DNA of 64,000 nucleotides from Centroscyllium fabricii (Eukaryota), in assembly GCA_051313645.2 (NCBI GenBank), contig JBNRSN020000007.1, forward strand, positions 56,358,001 to 56,422,000, written 5' to 3'. This document shows, in pieces, positions 47,501 through 59,500 of the stretch (positions are counted from its first letter, which is position 1; the number at the start of each line of letters is the position of its first letter). The position numbers were made by a program, and so were the translations under genes. Below the pieces are notes generated by a model, which did no database searches, was not told the origin of the DNA, and saw only the letters and a program-made list of their open reading frames with translations.

Positions 47501-50500
47501 CAGCATATTAATCTTATGCAGTAATTGTTGAACTAGAATACAGAAGTATGGTAGCTGCAATGCATGATATGAAGTTATTTAATTTAAATTGTTAACGTGA
47601 GGTGCTACAAGAAAATTACTGTTACATTTTAAAATTGTCTAATTAATTCATCAGCATCCTTTACGCTCACAGTCTAACTATTTTGGTATGTTTTGGGAAA
47701 ACTATGTGCTGCCATTTATTTGAAAGTGCTATCATGATGTTGTAAGTAGGCAGTGCTGTACGTAGTTTCTTTGTCCATGCCGTATGAAGTCCCAGGACCT
47801 ATGTTAGATCATGTATGGCACTGGCTACTAGTGTCAAAATGTACAAATATGTATGGTCATTGTATGTTTTTGACTTAGCTAGAATATACTTGTATACTAT
47901 CGGGTAGATGCTTATCAATTTGACAAATGGATCAAGTCTACCAAGTAGGTAGATCTGTCTTTGCTCACACAAATGGAGGCGCTTCCCATCCCAACCGCCA
48001 TGTTTGCTTGCCTTGTCTTGTTTGCAGACTGCTCTGGCGATGTCACTTCTATAAATGAGCACCATATGTTCTGGAGCTGATGCATTGATTAGGGGTGGGG
48101 GGGCGGTGGGTGCGTCTCTTTGGAGCCGATCTGCAGTGACCCAACCATTGACTGGGTTCACTCCATCCTGTGCCACTGCTGTGTTTTCCTCTTCATATCC
48201 TAATTGTCAATTCTGTGTGGTGCTGTTGAAAGCTTGGGAACAGGCTACCTACCCTCTGCAAGGATGTCGGAAGGAAAGTCTAATTGGGGAAGAGAGAACT
48301 TTTAAAAAGGAGCATTACCCTTACAAAGACTAGATGTTTGGTTCCCTCCGTGTCAGTGGGTGTAATTGATTTTCTGCAGTATTCTTGACGTACTTTAATT
48401 TTCTTTCTTCGTGTGCATTGTCTGCAGGTTGTGTGCTTCTTTATAAGCAGGACTTTACCAAAAACCTGGGCTTGTGCTGCATCACGTGTGCTTACTGTTC
48501 CCAGACCTGTCAGAGGGCAGTGACCAAAGAGTTGGATGGAAATACATGGGATTTCTGTGGGGAGGAATGCAAAAGCAAATACTTACTGTGGTACTTCAAG
48601 GTCAGTAGGAAGTTGCATATCATTAGTTTTCTGGCTCTTGCATTCATCCTCACACCTTACTTTTTTTTTCTCCCCTTCTTTCACCCCTGGGCAAAAGAAT
48701 TGAAAATTTTACACCTGTAGACTAGAGGTGTGCGATCAATATTTCAGTGAGTGTACAGATTGTAGTGGGTGATTTATATTTCCCCCTTCCGAGCCCAGGG
48801 GTGCCATTTCCAAGTGTAGTACCCCTATAACTGTCCTGAAAAAAATCGGCTCACTTACCTCAGACTTTAGGTTGAAAGTGGCACCCTCATCTTTTCTGTG
48901 GCTCATACCACACCAGGCATCGCTAACTGCTGAGTCTCCAGAGGAGCTAATAAGGTATGGAGTTGGAAGAATGAATAAAATTAATTGTGATGCAGTGGGT
49001 TTGAAATTAAGATGCCGGCATTGTTCTAATCTTTTGTGATCTGCACTTTTTTTGAAGAGCCTTTTCATCTATTCAAGTTATTGCAGCTGTTTCCTGAGTG
49101 ATTCGTAAAGTTAAGTTAGCTGTTCGTACTTTTCACTATAAAACAAAGTGTGGAGAGTTTTGCATAGCTAATGTATGCAAGACTGTACCCCTCCTTTTAT
49201 TATTCTTGAAGATATAAATTTATTTGCACCTACCTGGTTCCTCTTCCCACTCCAACCTCCCGGACACACACTGATGAGGATAGTTAAAGATGAAAGTACA
49301 TGACTGGTTTATGAAGTAAATTTCAACAATATGGTAAGGAATAAGTCCAGATAAATTGGAGGGAAAATTGGAAGATCAGGTACTGGACAGTGGGAAACTC
49401 TCCAGCAGGAGGTTATTGGATACAATCTAGATATAATCCCACGAGCAGTAAAGGAATTGGAGCAAAAGCTGAAGTTCCTTGGCTGAATAAAGAAATTAAA
49501 ATTAAAATCAAGCAGTGTGTAGAAATTATAATGGTAAACAAAAGGATTGGAAAGGCTGGCCAGTAACGTAAGAAATAGTGAGGGATTTTATAAACACAAG
49601 TTTAAAAAAAAAAGTGTTACAGAATAGGCTGGATGAAGGAATGGTGCAGATACTAAATTAGTACTTTGCCTTGACTTTCAGAGGAATGAAAAGGTACAAG
49701 TGGAGGAGTTGGAGCAATTAGATTGGATAAATGTAGACAGTGAAGTAGTTTTTTTTTTAAGTTGACCCAACCCAAAAGTGCAAATAGAAGTGGACCCTGC
49801 TGGCTTGCATCCGAGAATGCTGAGGGAAGTCTGAGCGGAAACAGCAGCTCGGACCAGTGTTTCAAAGCTTTTGGATATAAAGTTTGTGCCAAAGAACTGG
49901 ATAAAATGATAAAATTAAGATTTGTAGTGTTAAAAGAAAATGTGTCAGCATGGATAATAAGTTAAAATATAGGAAGTAGAGAGTATTTACTAATGTATTT
50001 TTTTTGTATATAGTGATGTCTTCTCAAAATTATGTAAGATGCATATATTATTTTATATCTTATATTTGTCCTCTGGACTTGAGTATCGGGGCCACAATAT
50101 CAAAAGCTGCAGGTGACACATTAGGGAGCTTGGCTGAACTCCAGGAAGGTGTAGTTAGGTCAATAGATTTGGCAGATAATGAGAGATCTTACATTTTGCA
50201 AGGAAGAATAATAGGAAATATACATTAAAATGTAAAATTTTAAGGCATACATGAGCAGAGAGACTTGGGAATTCAGGATGTACAGATCTTTGGAAGTAGA
50301 AGGACAAGTTGGAAAAAAAGCATGCAAAATCCTCGGTTTTGTTGTAAGTGGAGGCAGAAGAGTATAAACTTGCACAAATCATTGGTTAAGCTGCAATTAA
50401 AACATTGTGTCCAGTTTTGGATCCTCTACTTGAGGAAGGATGCTGAATCTTTGGAGTGGACACAGAAGTGATTCACTGAGATGATGTTGGCGATGAGCGG

Positions 50501-53500
50501 CTTTAGTTATGAGGATGGACTAAAGAAACAGGAGATGTGATGAGTGTACTCAGAATTAAGGGGTTTGATGAGGTAAGCGGGGAAAAAAATGATATTGGTT
50601 GGTGAATTGACAACGGGGCAGGGAGAAAAACATTTAAAATCACAAAAAAAGCAATAAGAGCAAAGATTTTTTTTTTTAACTGAGGGTTAACTTGTGGAAG
50701 GCTTTTCAAAAGGAAGTCCATAAATACAGTAAGTGAAAAGAACAATTCATAAAGGTACGGGGTAAGGGCAGGGAAATAGGACTAAATAGCTCTTTCAGAA
50801 ATCCGGCACAGGAACATTGGGCCAAATGGCCTCCTGTGCTGTAAAATTATTTGACTTAATGGTTGAGCAGGTGAGTTCCTTCTAGGCCACTTCTAATGCC
50901 AGTGTATCAGTGAAGATGCAAGTGGCCTGGGGGATAGCTCTGGAAGCTTCTGCTTGACTGAAGAGCTCAAAGGACAAACTTGTGAGTCGGCAGTGATCAA
51001 CCTCGAGTGATTGTTTTTTGCACCATGTGGTGGGCCATGATGTAGTGCCCAGATATATTATTTAAAAACCTTTTTTATGTTGTCAAAAAAGGAAGAAAAA
51101 TTTGAAAAAAATATTCATTGTGCTATTGTCCAAGAAAACCTGTTCTATTGTGATGTTACTTGTCCTGACATTAGCTACCGTGGCGGTTTAAAAAAAAATC
51201 TATCTTCCGCTGTTTCTCCACAGGCGTATTGCGAACCCGGATTACGCAGGCAGCCTTAAACAGAGGCATGGATATTTTCTTACAGATGATAGTGTTGTAA
51301 TTAGGACATTGAATTTCACCATCTTGTCATTCAGACTTCGCAACAAATCTTACCTTTTTCCCCCTTCCTCACAGAATAATGGATCTGTGGAACAGACTCC
51401 TGGCAAAAGCAGTTAATGGTGTCGATTAACTCCATCAGAATAAAAGGCTGGATAAGTATCTGGCTAGGAATGCGATTTAAGGTTATAGAGATAGGTACAG
51501 ACAGAGATCATCAAATGCTCCATGGAACACGGTGGTTCCTGTACTGCTGGGACCATGAAAATGTCATCTGCGGCGAGCAACTGGCCAGGTTTGAGTGACT
51601 GTGGATAGATATTGTGGAGGCATGTTCAACCTTCTTGGGGGTGGGGAGAAATTTTGCAGAACTTTCCCTCAGGTCATTAAATAAATGTGGTAGAGCCCGT
51701 GATAGGGCAGGTTGTACATGGTCTGTGGAAGGAGCAGGCTTGATGGACTGAATGGCCTTTTTCTCGTTCCATGCTTTGTGTTAACAGCTGTGACCTGCCT
51801 TGTGCAACATGTTTGTTTGGGTGCGGAAGGTGACTGCTTCCTAATTGTTCACTGTGTCCTTCAGGTAGCCAGATGCCATGCCTGCAAACGTCAGGGCAAG
51901 CTTCTGGAAACGGTACACTGGCGCGGGGAAATTAAACACTTCTGCAACCAGCAATGCCTCTTGCGCTTCTACAGTCAGCAAAACCAGCCCAATCTAGCGA
52001 CGCAGAAGGGACCTGAAAGTCTGCTCAACAGTAAGTGGGTAGAGAAAGCCGCATGTTGTAGGCAGTGGACGTAATAAACTAGTTGAGAAATTACACCACA
52101 GTACCAAATGGTGCTTTGCTAACTACGGAATTAATAGTTGTTGATCTGTTGGCCATTTCACAGCAACCATTGGGACATGACCGCTTGACTGTTCTTAGCT
52201 GATGTTTGCGAGTTCGAATCTTCGCTGTATCAGCTGTTACCTGTGCATCTCTGTAAATTTGCAGTAATTGTGTCATTACAGGTAATTCCTCATTCACTCT
52301 GTGCGTAATTGCACATCAGTGATCTAGTGCTTTATCGCCCAGTGTTCTCACTATTGGGTGCTGAATGAAAGCAGACCCTAAACTGAATAAAATTGTGATA
52401 AACTTGGCAGTTTATGTTTGTTTTTAAGAAGAGACAAATGTAAGAATGATTGCAGCCAGTAATTCAACTTCCCTCTTCAGATAAATACTTAAACTGCTAC
52501 AGCTTTACTTTTGCTGTTCTGAACCTCTCCGATTACTGCCCTTATAATTGCACTCCTACGTATTTTCTCACTGATACATTTTCTTCTTCTGGGGAAGGGG
52601 TAGCAAGACCTCCACTTGCATACAAGAACTAAATCCATGTGTGCTGTTTGCACATGCACTTGTATGAAATTAGTTTTTCTTTGTCATTAGTTTTATTTTA
52701 AAGCTGCTGTTTCTTCCATTACTTAGTTGGGAAGTCTCTCACCCAATAATCCGGGGTGATGAGAGGGCGAGGTGCCTGACTCCATCTATCATCCTGACTG
52801 CAGAGAGGTGCTCGAGTGGTTCAGTGATGACAAATGTTCCCCCTTAACTTTGTTAACGGGCTGTGCAGCCTATTCAAATTTCCGTGCGTGTGCGGTTTTC
52901 CCGTTAAAAAGCCGGCGAGCCAACTGCGTGGGACCTCCAGACCGTGCAGCTTAACGGGGACATTGGTGATGGCACTCGCCCATTTCTTCTGAGGATATAG
53001 CGGACCTTTTCTTGACCCTGCTCCACAATGATGCTGTTCAGAATGACAGCTGAACGGCTTGAGCTGAATTGAAAGCACAATTGTTGATGCTGTTGTCATT
53101 CTTACAATCATTTTTATGAAAGAAAATCAATTTTGTTGGTAGTCTGCACCAAAGTTCCCTGTAATTTTTTTTTTGGGTGGGGTTGCGCGGCTCATTCAAA
53201 TTACAGCACATGCATGGTTTTTCTATTGAAAACTTGGCTGTGCGAGACCCCTGGAGCACTGTTTGGCCATGCAGATTACAGGGAACATTGGTCTGCAGAG
53301 GATGCTAATTTTCCACCTCAGTAATGTGAATCTCCCCTGACCTCCGTGTAAAATAAATTTATTTATACAGGACCTTTCACAACCTAAGGATGTCCAAAAG
53401 CACTTCATAGCCAAACAATTAGTTTTTGAAATGTAGTTGTTATTTTCCAGGCAAACAGCAGTCAATTTGACCATAGCAAGGTCCCACAAGTGCAATGGGA

Positions 53501-56500
53501 TAAATGACCAGTTAATCTGTGTTTGTCAGTGCTGGCTGGTGGCTAAATGTTGGCCAGGACAGCAGAAGAATTTGTTTGCACTTCAAATAGTGCCGTGGGA
53601 TCTTTCACTTGAACAGGCAGGGCCTCTGTTTAATGTTTCATCCAAAACACAGCACCTCTGACAATGCAGCATTCCTTCACTAGAGTGTTGGCCCTGATTA
53701 TGTGCTCAAATCTGAAGTGGGCATTTGAACTTGCCATCTTGTGGCTCAGAGGTGAGAATGCTACCACTGAGCCAAGCTGACATCTGTAGTTTATGTAGTG
53801 GATCAGTACACTTTGTGACCTCATGTAAGTTGAAATTGCAGTGAGATACTAACGTACAAGCTTATCTGAAATTCCTCTCTGTTTCAGCGGAGACGTTAAC
53901 CCGTTTATTTTAAACTGGTTAATTCCCGTGCTAAAATAGTGGAGATGTTTTGTGCATTTGCGTCGTTTGTTATTATACCACACTAATTTCAGGGCCTTGG
54001 GTTTTAACATTACACTTCAGAAGTAGGGCTCGTTTAAATATTTTTATTTAATAATTAGAACTTTCCATCAAGCGTGTGCACAATTGCTGGTTCAACTCTC
54101 TAATCACTGCACAAAAGTCAAAGCATTAGTACAAGTAGAGAGCTTTTGAAAAGGCATGCAGCTGTTAAAGTAAGCAGCTTCTTTTCTGAGGGGGGGGGGG
54201 GGCATCCCTTAATCAGATCTCCGTGTGATTGGTTAAAACGAAAATTGGGCTATCTAGTTTAGCGACTTTTTAACACTTGTAAATGCTTTTCACATTTTTG
54301 TCCTGTCTTCCTTATTTACTCGTTTTCTTTGCTGAGGGTGGCGACTCATGCTGGAGTTTGGTTACTCAGATGACAGCAGCCCTCCCTCCATTAATTCGTG
54401 AACATTGGCAAGATGTTCTGATTGTTGGTGGGGCAATAATAGAGCTTTGCCTAACTTCCACTCTGTCATCACAGATGAGCATTTCTAGCCTGGGTTTGCT
54501 TGATTGTGGTGCAGTGTATACGGAATAATGGCTGTTTTTAAGCTGTTTCTTTCCCCTTGCCCTAAAGCTGGGAATCTATATTTAGTACAGGTTGTGCACC
54601 GTTAATCCGGCACCCTTGGGACCAGGCCGGTGCCGGACTACTGAAAATGCCGAACCACTGAAGGTTCGGGGAACGCATGCGCAGACCAGTCAAGATGGCC
54701 GCTGCGCGCGCGTAGAGTAAGCGAATAGGATTCGCGGTCCTGGGACTCTCTGGTGCTGCTGGGGAGAGGCCCGCGCATCGCGGGATGCTGCCGGGGAGAG
54801 GCCCGCGCATCGCGAGCGTCCCTGGGATCACGTGGGCCGGCCAGCGGGATTCGTGCCGGACAACTGAAGGTGCCGAATTATCGGGTGCCCGATTAACGGT
54901 GCACAACCTGTACCTCTACTTTTGTCCTGGCTCCGATTGCAAAGAATAGGAACTCATGGTGGGTACATACCACATCGTACTTTTCCTAAAAATTTGCTGA
55001 GGACTTTGCCTCTTATTCTGCAGTTGAGAGAGTAATGAATAAATATCTTGTCATGCTGAATGTATGTCTAGAAATAAAGAAAAATCTGTAAATGCTGGAA
55101 ATACAGCTGGGCTGTCAGTGTCTGTAAAGTGAAAAGATTAATTTATGTTTCAGATATAAACCCTCCATCAGAACTTTTCTAATGAAAGGTTAACATTTCA
55201 TGGACCTATCTTTTCTATTTACAAATGCTGATGGACATGCGATTTATGTTTTTATTTTGTGCTTCATTATATTCACATAATCTACAGAATTATGTATAGT
55301 AGGAGTGAGAAAGCTGCCATTTGCTCCAGGGGTTCAGATAACCACTTTGTCTGAACTCTTGGAACAAATGACAGCTGCACCCCAACTTTGAAAACAAATT
55401 AATGTTAAAAAGGAGGTCTGAAATGACGTTGAATTAAGACTGACCCTGATATCAGTCCTGCCGAACCGTACAGGACTGATATCAGGGTTTTGTGTATGTT
55501 TGTGTTATTAACTAGGATTTCAGTGAAGTATAGTACAAGGCATGTGAATCTTTGCATAATGCCCACTTCAGTTGTGGGGAGAAAAAAAGTGCCATTTTGG
55601 ATTTTATCCTTCCAAAGTTGGGTGGTGTCTAGAGAGAACATTTTGAGCAGTGAAGTACTGATGGTTACAGGCATGCCACTGGTGGTAGTCATGGAAACAA
55701 TTTGAGATGGTGAATTTGGAGTTACAAATTAATAATGTACAGCACAGCAGTGAACTATATTGGCTTAAGTGCAATTTTCTTTCTATGCTTCCTTTCATCC
55801 GAGTGTATTAGTACCAACATACTAAATGTGTAGTGACAACACCGTCAGATCCATGGTAGATTCTCCAAATCCAGATGCAATGGATTAAGATCAATTAGTG
55901 AAGGCTGTGAAATAAAGTACTTTGGCAATGGGAAGAAAAAATGATTGCAGTTCTTTGCATAAAATTTTCTCCTTTAAAGAAACTTAACAAGTTAATGCCG
56001 ATGTGATATGTTAGACAAACACTACATCGGCCAGGAATTTGTGGTGGGTAATAACAGCGAACGAACAGTGTTCGCTGTGTTACTCCTTTGAAACTGACCG
56101 CAACTTCAGGATTTAGCGCATGCACATCCTAGCGTGGAAATCCTGAAGTTACAGTCAGTCATTCATAAGAACATAGGAAATAGGAGCAGGAAATAGGAGC
56201 AGGAGTAGGCCAATCAGCCCCTCGAGACTGCTCCGCCATTCAATAAGATCATGGCTGATCTGATCCTAACCACCAATCTACTATCACAGAACCATCTCCT
56301 GAATCTAACAGAATTAGACACACGAAATAGGAGCCGGATCAGGCTACACGGTCCCTGGGCCCGCTCCACTACCCACAGGGCCATGACCGATCTGAACCGA
56401 GACTCATGTCCAAATTCCTGCCCGCTCCCCGTAACCCTTAATCCCTTTTACTTCAAGGAAACTGTCTATTTCTGTTTTAAATTTATGTAATGATGTAGCT

Positions 56501-59500
56501 TCTACAGCTTTTTGGGGCAGCATGTTCCATGGACCTACTACCCTCTGAGTGAAGTAGTTTCTCCTCATCTCAGTTTTGATTATGCCCCCTAGTTCTAGTT
56601 TCACCCATCATTGGGAACATCCTCCCCGCGTCCACCCGATCCAACCCCTTCACAATCTTGTATGTTTCAATAAGATCGCCCCTCATTCTTCTGAACTCCA
56701 ATGAGTAGAGTCCCAATCTACTCAACCTCTCCTCATATGTCCAACCCCTCATCCCTGGGATTAGCCGAGTGAACCTTATTTGTACTGACTCGAGAGCGAG
56801 TATGTCCTTTCTTAAGTATGGACACCAAAACTCTACGCAGTATTCCAGGTGCGGTCTCAACAATACCTTGTATAACTGAAGCAATACCTCCCTATTTTTA
56901 TATTCTATCCCCCTAGCAATGAAAGCCAACATTCCATTGGCCTTCTTAATCACTTGCTACACCTGCGTACTAACCTTTTGAGTTTCGTGCACCAGGACTC
57001 CCAGATCCCTTTGTACTACAGAGTGTCATTCACTGCTCCGACACTGGCTGAGCTGTGGCCCTTTCCCCATAGCCAGCAATCCGTGTAATCAGGGAAACTG
57101 ACAAACTTTGGCTCTTCCGCGGTAATACCCTCCAAGTCACACACCATCCTGACTTAAAAGTATATCGCCGATCCTTCATCATCGCTGGGTCAAAAACCTG
57201 GAACTCCCTACCTAACAGCACTAAGAGTACCTTCACAACACAGACTGCAGCGGTTGAAGAAGGCAGTTCACCACCACCTTCTCCAGGGCAATTAGGGATG
57301 GGCAATAAATGCTGGCTTTGCCAGTGATGCCCACATCCCATAAACTTTAAAAAAAAAATACTCCATTAAAAGTTAGACCCTTTTGGATTAGGTGCAACTG
57401 GGGTTTTAACAGCAGATTGACTGCTAAGCAAACATGACCCTGAAAAACTCATTTTAATCTTGTCAAATTTATTCAACTTTAAAAATATATACATATTTTA
57501 AAAAAAAATTGTTCATCTTTATTTCAGGTTTACCTTTTCCACATGTGAGAGCTTGAACCGTTGTTTTTTGCTCTATAACATTAAAAAAAAAAAGTTAGAT
57601 TCAAAGGTGCTTGCTCACCTGGTTCTCGGTCTGTGAGAATTCTGCACTGTGATTGGCTGCACAGACAGCTTGCTAACGTCACAGGGATCCTACTAAACTA
57701 CGCTAATTTCCATTTGCACATTGGAAAAGTTGAACTTCTGGCCACAAAGATGGAGATCTTTGTGGGTTGCTTGCTTTGGGGCCAGTAGCGAATGCCTTTT
57801 CTTTGCCGCTGACTGAATTATGGGCCTCAGTGTTGAAGATTGCCTCTGAATCGCCACACAATCGGTTTCTCTATGGAGGGGTGTGTCCAATGGACTGCTT
57901 GCTCCTAGGAAATACCCTGCAATGATCTTACACCCTAAATTTGTAGAACTCTGGTTTAAAGCTGTATTTGGAAGCCCAGCAACAGTTTGGTTGTAGTGGA
58001 GCGATGTCTTCTAATCTGTGCTCCTTAGTTGATACTGGCACTAAAATATACACACTGCCAATGGTACAGCATCTGTATTTGAAATCTGTAGCCAATTCTG
58101 CATTCCATCCAAGATTTTAATTGTAAATGAAAGAATGTGTTGCAGTCAAGACTGAGATGGGATTAAGTAGCTCCACGTTGGGTTGACTGAACAACTATAG
58201 AATGACTGTCAACGCCAGCATAACTAAAAAGAACAACTTGCATTTACAGTATATAGTGTCTTTCACAACCACCGTCTCAAAGTGCTTTACAGCCAATGAA
58301 GTACCTGTACTTTTGAAGTGTAGTCACTGTTGTAATGTGGGAAACGCGGCAGCCAATCCCCCAAACAGCAGTGTGGTAATGACCAGATAATCTGCTTGGT
58401 GGATATTTAGCATTTCCCTACTGCTAGTGGCTTGAATATTATTTCAATGTGCGAATGCAATTTTCCTGTAATGGGCAGTAAAATAAAACCCAATATCATT
58501 CTAGTTTGAATTACGTGGCTTGCATGTGGAAGCAGATTTATTTACTCAGTCACATGACTCACTGGCGTCAGGAGATCGCCATGAATTCCATTGGCACGTG
58601 TGGGTGGAGTATGGATCAAGAACGCAATTAATCTGGGTGCAGGTGACATTGTAATTCTGCAGAGCTTCACTTTCATGGTTTAGGATAGCACCTGAACCTC
58701 AAGGTAGTCCCGCCTTGTAGCACACTACAACCTATGTTTACTCATGAGTGAAGTAAATATTGTAGTGGGGGTACAGTACAGCAATGTAAGATGTTTACAG
58801 CATTTGTCTTGCACAGTCCATGACTCAAGTGTTGATACTAGATGGACAAAATCGGGGGTGGGGTGGGGGGGGAAATTGGTCTCCCATTCTTCAATGACTG
58901 CCACCCAGAGGAGCAAAAATATTCCAAATATTTGGAGCGGTGAGGAATGGAGTATAGCAGACAAATACAGGTAGAGCACTGTTGATCTGTTACCCGAGAA
59001 ACCGGCAACTTCGAACGTCCGGCAATAATTTCCCCGACTGTTCCGTGCATGCGCAAAATGGCCGCCGCGATTGATGCTTCGGCGAATGATCTCTCCGAGC
59101 CGATAGCGGGCCGGACCGTGTCTCCCCGAACGATGCTGGGCCGGGACTCCCCGAACGCAGGCTGGGCCGGAACTCCCCGAACGCGGGCTGGGCCGGGATT
59201 GCCGGGGCTCTTGGAACGCGCGCTGGGCCGGGACTGCCGGGGCTCTCTGACCGTGGGACTGCCAGGACTCTCGGAACGCGGGCTGGGCCGGGACTGCCGG
59301 GGCTCTCCGAACGCGGGCTGGGCGCCGGGATTCCCCGAACGATAAGCGCATGCGCAGACCACAAAATGGCCGCCGGCCTTTCGTGGCAGCCATTTTGAAT
59401 GATCTGCACTTGCCGAAGCTTCAATCGTTCGGGATTTTCACTTTCCCGGCACGGGCCTGGTCCCGCCCGTGCCGGATTAATGGTGCTCAACCTGTATTAT

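Noticed and set aside
13078-52030. Assignment to ZMYM2 or ZMYM4
   Set aside because: Diagnostic stretches ([34 protein letters not shown]) match recalled ZMYM3 rather than its paralogs; a reciprocal BLAST would confirm.
58725-59393. 222-aa minus-strand ORF and overlapping ORFs
   Set aside because: They are a by-product of a GC-rich MITE and minisatellite with few stop codons; no domain or splice context. The same applies to the ORFs at 9588-9963, 10754-11457 and 31306-31840.
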